From contig NW_021825821.1 in NCBI RefSeq assembly GCF_006345805.1, positions 124,001 to 188,000 on the forward strand: a stretch of 64,000 bases of DNA. Direction: 5' to 3'. Each line of letters begins with the position of its first letter. The stretch's first letter is position 1. The notes under the pieces are model-generated. The model was given only the letters and a program-made list of their open reading frames with translations, was not told where the DNA came from and did no database searches. Position numbers and translations under genes: made by a program. Positions 47,640 through 60,167 of this stretch are shown piece by piece. This DNA is from Octopus sinensis (Eukaryota).

Positions 47640-49410
47640 TATGTCTAAAACACAACCATGTCATTTAATGTAAGAGGCCTTAAAGCGACCTGGAAACAGC
47701 AAGGACTATGCTATGAAACGATGAGGTACAGAATTTTGGTTGGCTATCTGAAAAAAACCAAAGTGACGCTTGACGTCGACCAAGTCTATTGCGATTATCG
47801 CCCAATTCTATTGTCTCATGAATGCAGACACTACGGGCAAGGATTTGTGACACAAAAGTCTCTTTCCTTGCGTCTTCACCGATGCTGGATGATCACCGAC
47901 CGAATATCGGTACTGCAAATAGGTGCGGGGCTGGGAGCGCTTTCCATCATCAATGTCTATGCCTCTCACAACGGCAGGATTGCCAATAACACTTACGAAC
48001 TTGACTCCTTCTACGAAGAACTAGCCAGGACACTCATCAGGTTGGAAGACTTGTCCGAATTAATTATTGCAGGAGACTGGAACGCCAAAGAGGGTATTTC
48101 CTCCGGCAACGAAATCAATGCAGAGCTGATTTAGTATGGTCCCATGTCGCTTATAGACAAAATTGCGACCATATTTAACGACATTTTCATGACCAACTCC
48201 CGCTAGGGGCAGGCACCCTCATCCCTATATAAAAAGCCAACAAAATCTCGGGCCCGGTAAAAAATCTCCATTCTGTCATACTTCTGAATACTCTGAGAAA
48301 ACTCCTCTCGCTAGTTGTACTGAACCGCATAAACGCAAGAGTTAATGAATATCTGGCCAGGTCAGAGCGGATTCAGGACGGGAAGATCCACTGCGGACAT
48401 TGTTTGGAGTCACAGATGGCAATGCGCTATCCAACAGAAATTCAAAAGACCCATCCTCGGAATTGACATGTCGAAAGCTTTTGACTGTCTCCGCCGTGAT
48501 TTACTCATCGGCGTCCTACAGAGTTTCCTGGCTCCGGACAAAGTCAGAATGATACGGGTACTGCTTACTAGGACAAAATTATCAGTTTGTGTTGGATTGT
48601 CTCTTTTAATGCGGTTCGATCGAATGTCGGAACGCCCCAAGGAGATTCTCTCTTACTCCTACTGTTTGTCATCTGGTTGAAACCCTCCCTGAGAGATCTG
48701 AGAACTTTCTGCGATGACTCTATCACCGAACTTGTCTATGCTGACGATGTTGACTTCGCTTTGGGCAACAAAGATGCTCTAATCGATCTTCTAAACAATT
48801 CTCCAAGGACACTTAACAAGTGGTTTCTCAATACTTCTAAAACCGAATTCACTGAGATCAAACGCATGGACACTAGAGTTGATGAAACTTGGAGGAATGT
48901 GAAGAAACTCTACTCGGAGACGGTGAAGACATTACCCTTAGAAAGATGCTGGCTACCGGGGCACTGAACAAAATACGCAAAACATGGCTCCAAACCCGGC
49001 CTGTCAATCGGCACTCAGGTCAAGAATTTGTGAAACCTGTTCTATAGACTTTACAACGCCTTTGTGAAACCTGTCCTACTTTACAATTCCTAGAGCTGAG
49101 GAATCTCGGATACCGAACTGAAAATTATAGACTCCTTCCACTGCAAGCAGCTGCGTCTTCTACACGGACTCCACTGGCCATCTAAAATCAATAATCAGTC
49201 ACTCTACAAACAATGCTGAACCGCTGTCTGCAGAAATTGTGGGAGGTCGCTGGAAACTATTCGGGCATATCTTGAGTCTGAGCTCAATCATTCCCGCTAA
49301 TTTCGCGATGCACGAATACTTCATGTAGTATGGCGAAAAACATCGTGGAAGACCGGAGTTTTTGGAAAGGATCTCAGTTCCGTTGTTAAGAAATTACAAA
49401 ACGAAGATCA
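47640..49410 (+). mobile_element. RTE LINE, degraded, with the endonuclease-RT linker deleted
   Basis: SFNVRGLK..AGDWNAK jumps directly to INAELI near 48110; SGFRTGRSTAD, IDMSKAFD, GTPQGDS, YADD, GRWKLFGH. Confidence 0.85.
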
Positions 49411-49439
49411 ATGTCAGGGTTTGAGTCTGTAATTTTATT

Positions 49440-50006
49440 TCTTAATTTCAATTTGATATAATTCACGTACGAAAAACTTTGTTTAAACATATAAGTAAAC
49501 CCAGATATTGTCAAAATTCCATATGAAAATTTTTTCAATTAATTAAAACAATTCGGAAGAGAACTGCAAGTTTTAAAAATCACATCCTCAGGTTTCTTTA
49601 GTATAAAATTAAGATCACTCTTAATTTTACCGAATAATTTTTCTTCCAAGGTTTAAAGTTCTTCAAAAAGCGAATAAACTTTTATCCCCATAATTTTGTA
49701 CAAATTAAGTCTAATAATTCCATTTCGAACTCTGCTGCGTTAATTTCAAATGGCATTAAATTTAAATTGCTCACTTTTTAGCACGTAGAGGATTTATAAC
49801 AAACGATAGAGTTCCTTTTTTTGAAAATCTTAAATCTTGCAAATATTTAAACATTTATTTTGACCCCATTTTTGAAAGATTCCCTCATATACGAAAGAGC
49901 ATTTTTTAAATAAGTAAATATGCATAAAAATAACAAAATTGAAAGAGCCTACTTGAGAATTAAAAGAGTCACCAAAGGTTCGCGAGCCAGTTTTTTCCGA
50001 CCCATG
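49440..50006 (-). mobile_element. hAT 5' end, same family as 60168-61589
   Basis: Reverse complement CATGGGTCGGAAAAAACTGGCTCGCGAACC..GTAGGCTCTTTCAATTTT aligns to 60168-60240. Confidence 0.7.
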
Positions 50007-50010
50007 ACCT

Positions 50011-50879
50011 ATGAATATCAAAGGGGCTGATTTAACAGCCGTTTCAGAACATGGACGCGATCATAGCAAAGACCAGCTAGGAACGATTGTTTAGAAAATT
50101 ATTTTGTTAAAAAAGGAGAGATCCAAAAGATTTTCTCAATTGATACGGCAGTTGCATGGAGTGTTGAAGAAGGACTGATCTATGTCATAATTCATTCAGG
50201 TTCACGTGGCTTTAGGTATCAAGTTTGCCAGGATACACTAACAACCTTTGTCAATAAGGGATTTCATGAATGGTTGCCAGATCGGCAATTGGTTGAAGCA
50301 CCCATTCAAAGTAATATTTGGAAAAAATATTTTGCTAGAATGACTGCAGCTGCAAATTTTGCTTTAAATAATCGGTAGCAAATTTTACACTAAGTCAGAC
50401 AAGGTTTTTAAGATGTTTACAGTATTAAGATGGAAGAGATGCGTCAACTCTATAATGTCATAACATTGCATTTGAAAACGCATAAAATTGGTGAGAAGCA
50501 GAAAGAAATGTGTGCATCGAAAAGTAGCAACTCGTGCATATGGGCTTGGTGCGGAAGAGCTAATGTCTCTATTTAAACATACGGAAAACCTGTTCTTGTT
50601 CCTGGAGATATGAGCAGGCCAGGTATCTATTTTTTGGACTTGGGAATCCACTCACTTTTGTTTAGTTCATGCTAGACGTGCACGCATTTTCTCAAATCTT
50701 GGAAGGGGGTAGACCTGATTGATCATATCGAAACTAAGGGTGTACTCGTGATGTCCACCTCAAATAGGATGATTGATGAGGAGATGCCTAATGCTTATAA
50801 AGATGTCGAAGCTGTGGAAGAAGAAAAACTTGAAAGGCTCATCGTTTGACTCCGCCATCACCTTGTTTTGAAAAGTTAA
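50011..50879 (+). pseudogene. rtcB: RtcB RNA ligase pseudogene, C-terminal part, intronless, prokaryote-type motifs
   Basis: KGADLTAVS..KDQLGT; IHSGSRGFRYQVCQD; LPDRQLVEAP; MTAAANFALNNR*; CVHRKVATRA; PVLVPGDMS; EEMPNAYKDV; several stops and frameshifts. Confidence 0.88.
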
Positions 50880-51479
50880 CAGTCAAGAACCTAATCCATT
50901 GTGCGTTTATCTCAATTGGATGTGGTGGGGTTACTGTTGGGCTACCAAAAGTTATATTTTTGATCATCCCATTTAATGGTGAATTTTTCAGCATTGTGAT
51001 AATAATTTGTCTGGATATAATGGAGAATGGTGTTTTTTCTTTTTTTTGCATCTTTTTTAAATTTTTTGTTCATAGTCCAATATGAGGAAGTTGTCAGCAA
51101 TCATTTCATTGAAAATAATAGGCTTTAAAGTATCTTCAAGAGCAATAAGCTCAAGGAGTGTAGGGACTTGATCAAGGAAATTTAATAAGGTAACGACGAT
51201 TTTTGTTTAAAACCCACAATATTCAATGATGTAAAGCATAGAACTTAAAGTGGAGTCTGGAGAAGTGCCTGTTTCTTCAGTATGCAAATAATAAGGAGCT
51301 AGAAACATAGCCCATACATGACAAGCGAGCAGAACTTGAAATGTATTGCCTATATTAGTTGCCATGATTGGAAGTTGTGGAACAATTAAGACGAGGAGGT
51401 TCACAGAGAACATTTTGTTAGCATTCGAATTATTATCATTCATGACAAAGAATTCAATGTTTCAAAATCTTTCCTAAAA

Positions 51480-52200
51480 GTGAAAATTCTTGTAGGCATT
51501 TTAATTCATTACATTCCGAGTTCACCTTAGACTTTCTTTTAAATTCTTTATTACGAGTGAAACGTCTCCTAGTAAAGCACAAAAAACCTTTCACTGATGG
51601 TAAAATTTTAAAATCTTGTTTTTGAAAGCTGCTGATTCACGATTTGATGATATTAAAAGATACAAAAAAAAATTCAAATTGTAGTAAAAACCTGACACTT
51701 TCAAAACAGTACGTTGTCAGAAGGACTGAAAGTATTTCTGACAATCTTTTCCCGCAAATATAAAACGATCTGCAGGCATGTTCGTGTTTTTCTCTACAGT
51801 TGAACCAATCAAATAATGCGATTGGTATTGTTGCCCAACTATCTGTATTTTTCCCTTCAATCTTAATGATCTAACTGTGAAGGAAGAGCTATTTGCTATC
51901 ATACCTCTGAAAGAAAGAACAACTGGTGAAAATATCCATAATTTTTTCAAAAACATTTTGTTAGCATTCGAATTATTATCGTTCATAAAGCAACTTGTAT
52001 CTATAACAACAGATGGAGCCCCTGCAATGATCGCAAATCAAAATGGATTTATTGCAGTTTGTCGGAAAGATTTTCATTTCCAGAACTTTTTAACATATCA
52101 TTGCATTTTGACTTTTTCTAGAAGTCGATGGAATCTATTTGCTAGTAATCATTTTTGTTTATTCCTGACAATATTTGATTATGTAGTTATTTCCTAAAAA
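51480..52200 (+). mobile_element. hAT (GTF2IRD2-like) transposase remnant
   Basis: KEELFAIIPLKERTTGENI..VSITTDGAPAM..YHCI. Confidence 0.82.
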
Positions 52201-52646
52201 TAGCCTTCAAAGTATTGAAAAAGTCGTAAATTCCTTGTTTTTGGTTTCCAGTTGATCTTTAAATCTTTTTGGGTTCGTTGTCGCCGACTTGATTAGCGAT
52301 ATCTTTTAAATTTGCAAAAGTAGTCTCGGAATTCTGAATATATAGTTTTGAGTCCTAAACATATGACTTAATATGTCGCATGCACAACGCGCACTACGCC
52401 CCGAGCGCACATTATCGATTAGTCATATTGTAATTTTTATAAATTTTTTCTAAATTATTGAATATAATGACACAAATGGCACTTTAAAAAATTATAATAT
52501 ATTTATTAATTTGTTAATATCTTTTTTTCATCAAATTTTAATTAAATATTACGCACGCTATATACTATGGATTGTTCACGTTTGGTTTTCCAAAACAAAA
52601 GAAGTTATATAAGAAATGTGACCGGTTGAATACGAGCCCAGGTTGA

Positions 52647-52722
52647 TTAGGGTCAGGGTCAGGGTTTGGGTTAGGGTCAGGGGTTAGCGTCAGTTTTAGG
52701 GTCAGGGATTAGGGTTAGGGTC
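52647..52722 (+). repeat. Interstitial degenerate telomere-like tract of about 12 mixed TTAGGG/TCAGGG units
   Basis: TTAGGGTCAGGGTCAGGGTTTGGGTTAGGGTCAGGG...TTAGGGTTAGGG read directly. Confidence 0.8.
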
Positions 52723-53049
52723 TGTTTTCTTTTCTTTAGTGGCTTTTTATGATGAATATGTTTATAAATAACGTTGAAATCATTTATATTTTAGAGTTAA
52801 AGTTAAGGTTAGAGTTAAAGTTGTTACAAACTTTCCAAAAATTTGATGTAAATTATAATTTGCTAATGTTGCAATTTATAATATCAAAAATAAAATAATT
52901 CACATTATAATTTGCTAATGTTGTAAATAATTTTACTATTTTAAAGCAAACTGGTTCAAATATAAAACATCATTTTTTCAAAAATTTAAAGTTCAATCAT
53001 TAGTTCGGAACGTTTGCCTTTATTAGAGTATTTTACATTTTGCCATCCA

Positions 53050-56000
53050 GCCCTGTAGGATCTCTTGTCCTCTCGCTGCAGATAAAAAATTATGCGATTG
53101 GACGAATAAAGTCCTTTAATATTCTAACCAAATCCGAGACTGCACAGAGGCCCGAATTACTGCCAGGAAGTCTGGGGACTTTACCCTCGATTCTCAAATT
53201 CTAGTGATAGGGACTCGTTTGTGAATGACTTCGAGTATAACAAACCATTTGGCCAGGACGGCCATTATATTTTCTGCGTGCAGTCTGCAACCATCGACCG
53301 TAGTCTTGAAGGGAATACCATCTTGGGTCCCGAGGAAGACCTGGATCTTTACCTCAAAGAAATTCTCAACCCCGGTTTTACTTTCCAACGGTTCTACAAA
53401 AATGGACGGAGTATACCTGTTGGAAAGTTGAGTCTGAATTCGAGGGCAGAAGCCACTTCGCTTGTAAGGATGGGAATCGAAGTGGGATTTCAAAAATACG
53501 ATGCGAATGGTTTAAAAACCCAGCAACAAGATGCTTTCGCTGCCAACAATTTGGTCACATTGCTAACTTCTGCAAAGAAGTGGAAAGATGTCTTTTCTGT
53601 GGTGGTGATCATAATATGAAAATGTGCCCGATTAAAGGAAAAACTGAGAAAAATGTATAAACTATGCGGTCTGAGTGGGCATTTGGCTTGCTACGGTGGC
53701 TGCTCTTCAGCTAAGGCAGCCACTGAACAACTAAAAAAGCAGCTCAGTGCCAGGGACAGACTGCCAAAGCAAACACTCACTCAAAACTGTATGGTCAAAA
53801 GCGGAGGCCGTTGAATCTGTATGGCGAAACCCACAATTTCCCGCTGTTTTGACTCCTCAACGCAAACAGATGTTAGTGAAGACGCAACTTTGCCTCCCAA
53901 TACACAACACACAGAGCCTCCAACCCGCTTTAAGAGGAAAGCACCAACTATCGACGTTGAGCTTACCTCTATGATTCGCAAAATAATCGCTATATGCGAT
54001 GAAAAAGGCCTCGATATCAACAATCTGTTGTCCCTTTCTCTTGGAAGGGAAAGGATTGATCAGGCGTGAGCCCCTTTCTGTCTATTATCGCTGTGAACGC
54101 ACGTTCTCTAAAGAGAAGGCGTTCAGAGATTGAGGATATTTATCCCATAACCCCGTGGACCTTTTGATCGTAAACGAAACAAAAATCAAAAAACATGATG
54201 ATTACTACTTGGATGGCTATCGTTCCCTTGATATTAAGTGGAAGCCGGGCTCGATCGCTGGAACAGGCACTTCTATCTACTACAAATCAACTCTAAGGGT
54301 GAGAAATCTAAAAATTGTGTCCGAGGAATTGTGTGAATTCCTCACAATCGACGTCCTTCTGGAAAAAGGGTGGGTAACAATCGGAGGGATGTACTCAAAA
54401 TCCCTTTCCAATTACTCATCGCTTATCAAGGACTTTTTTGCCGATAAACACAATCATTTGTCAATACTCCTCGGGGATCTAAATGCCAAATGCACATCTT
54501 TTGGCTGTCTGAGAACCAACAGGGATGGCATCATTCTTAAGAAGCTTTCAGAATCTCTCATTTTCTCGTCATCACATCAAAACCCCAAATCATTACTCAC
54601 CAGGAGGGTGGGACTATTTGGGCGTAGCATTGGTCTCTATGTCTACTCTTCAATTTATGGAACAACCGTACACCTTAAATGATATTGGAAGTGACCATCT
54701 ACCAATTTTATACAAACTCAACCTTGGACCTTTAAAGGGTAAACCAACTTTTATACGAATAACCTCTCGACTATAAACTGGGAACACTACCGAAAATGTT
54801 TTACACTTTATCTGAGCAATTTCGCTCCTAAACTTGACGAAAATTCTTCATCTGAGGACCTCGAGAAGTCTAGCAATTCCCTTATTGGATACATAAAGTC
54901 TTATCTGGAAACATATTCTACAAAAATCGTCTCAAACAATAGGAAAACTCACATGCCAAACATGAATGTTGAAATCCTACTAAGGAAAAAACAATGTCTA
55001 AGGAACAAACTCCGGCGCTGCGCAGATTTTCGTGACCGGTCCGTTTTGGAAGTGAAATCTTCACCATTACGGAAGAAATAAGAAAATCGGCGAAGGTGGC
55101 GAAGGATAAAAAATGGAATACTGAGTGCAAAAAGCTACATAAAGGAAGTCCAAATTTTTGGAAGGTCTACTCGAAATTAACCTCGACGTCTGAGAAAACT
55201 ATACCTAAACTGCTAAAACAAGATGGATCCCCTGCATCTCATGAAGAAATCCCGAACATATTTGCTGATAGTCTCAAAAGAATACAAGAAGTCAATCCGA
55301 TACAAATCTATCTGATTCAGCTTTGTTTGATATGGAAAAAGAGTTGGAAGACAATCTTAGCTCATTACCAATGTGCTCGGAATCTATAACGTGCAAAGAC
55401 GTGGAAAATGCAGTTAGATACTCCAAAAATAACGCTCCGGGAAAGGACAAGATAACCATGCGCATGTTCAAAGAAGCTCCCAAGCAACTTTACGAATATT
55501 TGGGATGTCTCTTCTCCCGCAGTGTGAGCTTGGGATACGTCCCTTCTTCATGGAAACTGACGGAGGTAAGGATGATACGGAAGCCTGGAAAACCTGGTTA
55601 CTTGGCGACAAGTTATAGGCCTATAAGCCTAATTCCTACCATCAGTCGAATAATGGAAAGGGTAATGTTTGAACGACTCTCTGAACACGTCGAGAGAAAT
55701 GGTTATCTCAAAGACGTGCAGTGGGGCTTTCGGAGGGGTCGTTCCTGTGCTGACTGTCTTTATACACTCAATTCGTCGATTGTAAAGGCTCTGGATTTCA
55801 AAGAGTGTCTGACAATTGTGTCTCTAGACATCTCAAAAGCCTTTGATATGGTTTGGCACCTCGGTCTCCTTAGACATCTGGCGAAGTGTCACATAGACAA
55901 AGGACTATTCCTATGGCTAAAAGACTTCCTCCGCGACAGGCGCTCTGTGATAAGCTTTCTGAACTATGACTCGGATGAACTGAAACTTAAAAGAGGCGTC

Positions 56001-56722
56001 CCTCAAGGATCAGTCCTCAGTCCTCTATTATTCAACATTGTGATGAGCAATCTGCCGTCTCCTGTCAACACACGGACGGAAATTTTGATATACGCCGATG
56101 ATGTTGTAATCCTTGACATTTCATCGAAACCTGCCTTATCCGAACAAAGGATTATATCATATATGAATACAGTGGAGCAATGGTGCGATGAAAATATGTT
56201 CATTATTGCGCGTGAGAAGTCCGCATTACTGAGAATCACAGAAAGCAGAAATTTAATAAATTTACCGTGCCTGATCAAGAACATACCTCGACAAAACTCA
56301 ATTAAATATCTTGGCTTGTTCATCGATGAAAAGGGAAACTATCTCGAAAACGCAAAATTAAGTAAAAGGAAAGCAACTAATGCTCTGTTCTGCCTGCGTT
56401 AGGAATTAATTTGGAGCCTGATACTTTCCTCTACGTTTTCAATACGGTGATCCTACCGGGACTACTATACGGAAAAGAGGGATGGTACTTCTCTAAAAAG
56501 AAGGACACCATCTTAACTAAATTTGAAAAGTCTCGCAGGCTCGCTTTGAAGCTTGCTTACCACCAAAAAGTTGAAGATCCAATCCCCCTGTGGCTTGAAA
56601 GTAAATCCTCCATGGTCGGTGAAACTGTCGAAAAAGCTATAAGTGTTATAAATCCAACTCAATTGTCACTGGGACGTACCTGCAGAGGTAGAAAAGAAAA
56701 AAAAAAAAAAAAAAAAAAAAAA
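53050..56722 (+). mobile_element. Jockey/I-group LINE, near full length (ORF1 gag, APE, RT), frameshifted, A-tract at 56693-56722
   Basis: TRCFRCQQFGH..GHLACYGGC; DLLIVNET..GDLNAK..SDHLP; SYRPISL, LDISKAFD, RGVPQGSVLSP, YADD, IKYLG. The 3' end may extend to AATAAA plus CTATTC repeats at about 56850. Confidence 0.88.
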
Positions 56723-57094
56723 TTACTTGAGGGGGTCTCTTTTTTTTTCTGGGAAGAAGTCGATAGGGTAGTCCTATTGTTTCATTATACAAACTCTCCC
56801 CCTAACCTTTAACCCTTCTCTGTTTCCAATAAAACTTCCTATTCCTATTCCTTTGCCTTTATTTTAATTGGCTTTTGAATTATTAGCGAATCAATAATGT
56901 GCGCTCAGGGCGTAGGGCGCGTTGTGCATGTGACATAATATTATTTAATCACTGTGTAGTCTACTTGAGCCTTCAATCAGTCTGGACTAACTTTCGAGAA
57001 AGTATCAAAAAACGAATGATATGGGTTCAAAACTCGGTATCTGACATTATAAAGTTTAGTTTATTAAAACAAAATCAAAATCATATTTAAAAGA

Positions 57095-57314
57095 TTAATT
57101 ATTCCATAATGATTTTAGTTTGTTGTAAAAGAATGTTTCAGTACCAGTTACGTAAACCGACCCAATTGCCAGCACAGTAGAATAGGCAGCTACAGAAGGC
57201 ATCCTATGAACCTCAGTAATACAAGCCTTACCAATAATAAAGAATCTGAGCATGTCGAGGTCCGACTCTGGACCTCAATCCAATAATTCGTTGCATAACA
57301 TCAACAACGGACAT
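57095..57314 (-). CDS. UQCR11: Cytochrome b-c1 complex subunit 10 (QCR10/UQCR11)-like, two exons (intron 57204-57231), about 63 aa; missed by the ORF track
   Basis: MSVVDVMQRIIGLRSRVGPRHAQILYYW/MPSVAAYSTVLAIGSVYVT resembles GPRY..L..NW.P....YG......V..TDW; the C-terminal exon structure is uncertain. Confidence 0.6.
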
Positions 57315-57353
57315 AACCAACAAAAATTAATATTTTATTATAAAATAAATATT

Positions 57354-58060
57354 TTATTCACGTGGAAAAAATAAATTAACAAAAATAACTGAATATATTG
57401 AACTCAAAACACCTAGACATATCAGCCTTAAAATGATCAATGAAGCTGGTGGAGATATCCACAAATAATACCACATAGAACACACCACAAACCCAGTCAA
57501 GACGACAATCCCATTCAGGGCACTCAAATGGAATGACCTACCACTTCTCCTCTCAGAATGTGTGGTCCTCGCCTCCCTCGAAGATATATTCTGCAGTAGA
57601 CAATGTACAGTGACTGACGTCTGTATTCCATACTCAGAAAAACATTTTTCTGGGTCAAGTAGTTGGCCCGCAAAAATTAAAGAAACACGTTGATTTTGGC
57701 GGGGATATTCTGCCATATTTTGTCTATGAAATATAAAATGATAAATACTCTATAAAACTAGAAATTGTGCATCTATTTGTCGTAAGTACGCATAGTGGAG
57801 GACTCATGTCTATAAAGAAGACCTTGACCTCTATTATGGCTTCGTTTACATCCTCATTTGAAGGTGGCACTTCTTCAGGCACAGTTTGCTCAGGAATTAT
57901 TGAGGGTGTCCTACGTCTCGGAGGGACGTAAGATATTTTCCATAAAATATATATAAGAGGTATTATAGATAAATAATGGAAATTTTTGTACAAGAAATCT
58001 ACCTGAAAATTCAGTTTTTTTAATAAGAAAAAATACCAACAAATCTCCAACAAGAAACAT
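57354..58060 (-). CDS. TMUB: Transmembrane and ubiquitin-like domain protein (TMUB1/2-like), three exons
   Basis: N-terminal TM; UBL IEVKVFF..RVSLIFAGQLL..FSEYGI..TVHCL; two C-terminal TMs; a first short intron and a 25-nt second intron keep frame. Confidence 0.7.
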
Positions 58061-58139
58061 TTAAAGTTATAATATTTTATCTAAAAAAGATATAAAATAA
58101 GATAATATTATTTATGTACATTTTTATAATGCTCATCTA

Positions 58140-58610
58140 TTTTTTTGTTATTAAATTAGTAGAATTAATAAAATTTGTATTACCGAAGTGGACCCCGCCA
58201 ACATTATTTTCATTGCGTTGCCTCTCACGATAGCAACATAGATCAACTGGAGAAGCCACAGGGTCTCACGTGTGTCGTGGCTTTTTAATGTGGCTAAGCG
58301 TCCAAGTCTCTTTAGGAAGCGAGGCGATTTCCCACTTATTCCTCCAGTTGTCTTGATCACAATCGGACAGAACACGAATCGGTCTCGCAGCGCTTCATAT
58401 TTTTTATCCTTTGCCCTCATCGTTTTTTCCGCGCTACACAGTGTGTCCACTGCGCTCCCGGCAATGTTGAACGGGCAGCGTGTTTCCACACAGGTTGCGT
58501 CCCAGAGTAGGGGTTTTCCCCTCTCAAATGGGAAAATTGTGATCCCATCAGGACGTTTTCCATCTCCGGCAGACTCCAGGGCTCGCTTGAAATCGTTGAT
58601 CGCTTTGTAG
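58140..58610 (-). mobile_element. CRE-like RLE C-terminal fragment
   Basis: GKRPDGITIFPFERGKPLLWDATCV..KDKKYEALRDRFVFCPIVIKTTG..VAIVRGNA. Confidence 0.85.
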
Positions 58611-58869
58611 AATTAATTATACTTTAACGGAAAAAGTCAAAGAGCATCCATCTTCAAATTTACATGGAAAACTGATTGTTTTGATGAGAAAGACGTAGCC
58701 CAAATAAATTTTGTAAAATATATTATTAATTTTAAATTAAATGTAAATGAAAGATTTTAGAATTTTAATTTAAAAACATAACAAAGTTGTTAAATGCATA
58801 AATCTGTATTTATGCACGATTTATGGCATCGAAAAATCTAAATGTATTAAGACACATTCAGTTCAATTG

Positions 58870-59170
58870 ATTGTTACGAAACAGAGAGTGGAAATCTGAG
58901 TGGACACTTCAATTATAACTGAGATTCAAGTGCAACACAACAAGCCAGACATTTCGTATATGGCAGAATGAAGAATAAGATTGTGATTATAAAAGTTGGA
59001 ATCACGTACAGGAAGCATTCAAACAGACTGAGTTGGAAAAGCTACACAATTATGACTTGTGAGTTAGTGAATTGAAAATTTTACACAATGTTCGGGTAAA
59101 AATGGTCCCAATTGTATTAAATGGGATGATAGCAAAATGCTACAAAAACCATTGAATGCTTCATCGACAG
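58870..59170 (+). mobile_element. R4/Dong-like RLE fragment
   Basis: VDTSIITEIQVQHNKPDI..ELEKLHNYDL. Confidence 0.65.
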
Positions 59171-60167
59171 TGAATTTGGATTTTTTAATTTACTAAAAAA
59201 ATAATATTTTCACAAAATGCGGTTCTTCTTTCATAACTTCCGAAACATTTTTTTAATTAGTGCTAGAAGCAAACTAAATATGTTTAACCTACAGTCAAAC
59301 CTATCTAACTTACTAACTCTATGGTTTGCCACTCTCCTTTTTACCAAAAAATTGAAATTCTGTTTTACCAAAAATTGAATATTGTGGCAATTTTCAATGA
59401 AAAAGCCAATTCATTATATGAAAATGGAAATGTGTGTTCCAATTCAAATGAAACTGATGTACTGATTTAAACTAATGGTTTGGTGTCGAAATTTATAAAC
59501 GTCATAATATTCATATGAGAGTAAGTAATAACGAAGGATTTAAAAAAAGATTGTAACTATGATGATCTTATTTTATAATGTCAAGAAAAATTCACCTCCA
59601 TTTTTTGCCACTATTTTGGTCGGTCCCGTTGGTGGGAATACTGTAATTGTCTAATTTAAATAAAATCAAATCAGAACACTTTTATAAAAAGTTATCAATC
59701 TAAAGAGTTTGATCGTAAAGAATCAACGAGCAAGTAGATATGTCAAGTAGCTCTTATTCTGCTCTGCGGCTTATAATTTTCAAATTTAAAGTCGAGAATG
59801 ATTCTGATCATCTCCCTAAATGTATTTTCGTTGCCAGGCTTTTCCATCATCTCGATTAGTTCCGGACACAAATATGTTTCGAAACAGTTGAAATATTTAA
59901 TGTTAAATAAGTTACCAAGGTCATAACCAATAATGAATTTTTCCCATACACCAAACGCATTACTACTCTAACAATGTTTTCAATGTTTCCTCCTGTGTGG
60001 CGGAATTAAACCAAATTATTTAAATTATGAGGATGGACTTCTCCATAATGAGTCCGTTGAACCGATTACTTAGGACTCTCAAGTTAAATCTCCAAGCTGC
60101 AAATATGGATAGGTTGTATTTGAATCGCAAGACGCTGGGAACAGAACTTGCCTCAATTTCCATAGCG

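Noticed and set aside
56411-56812. Poly-lysine protein
   Set aside because: The Lys run is a translation of the LINE A-tract.
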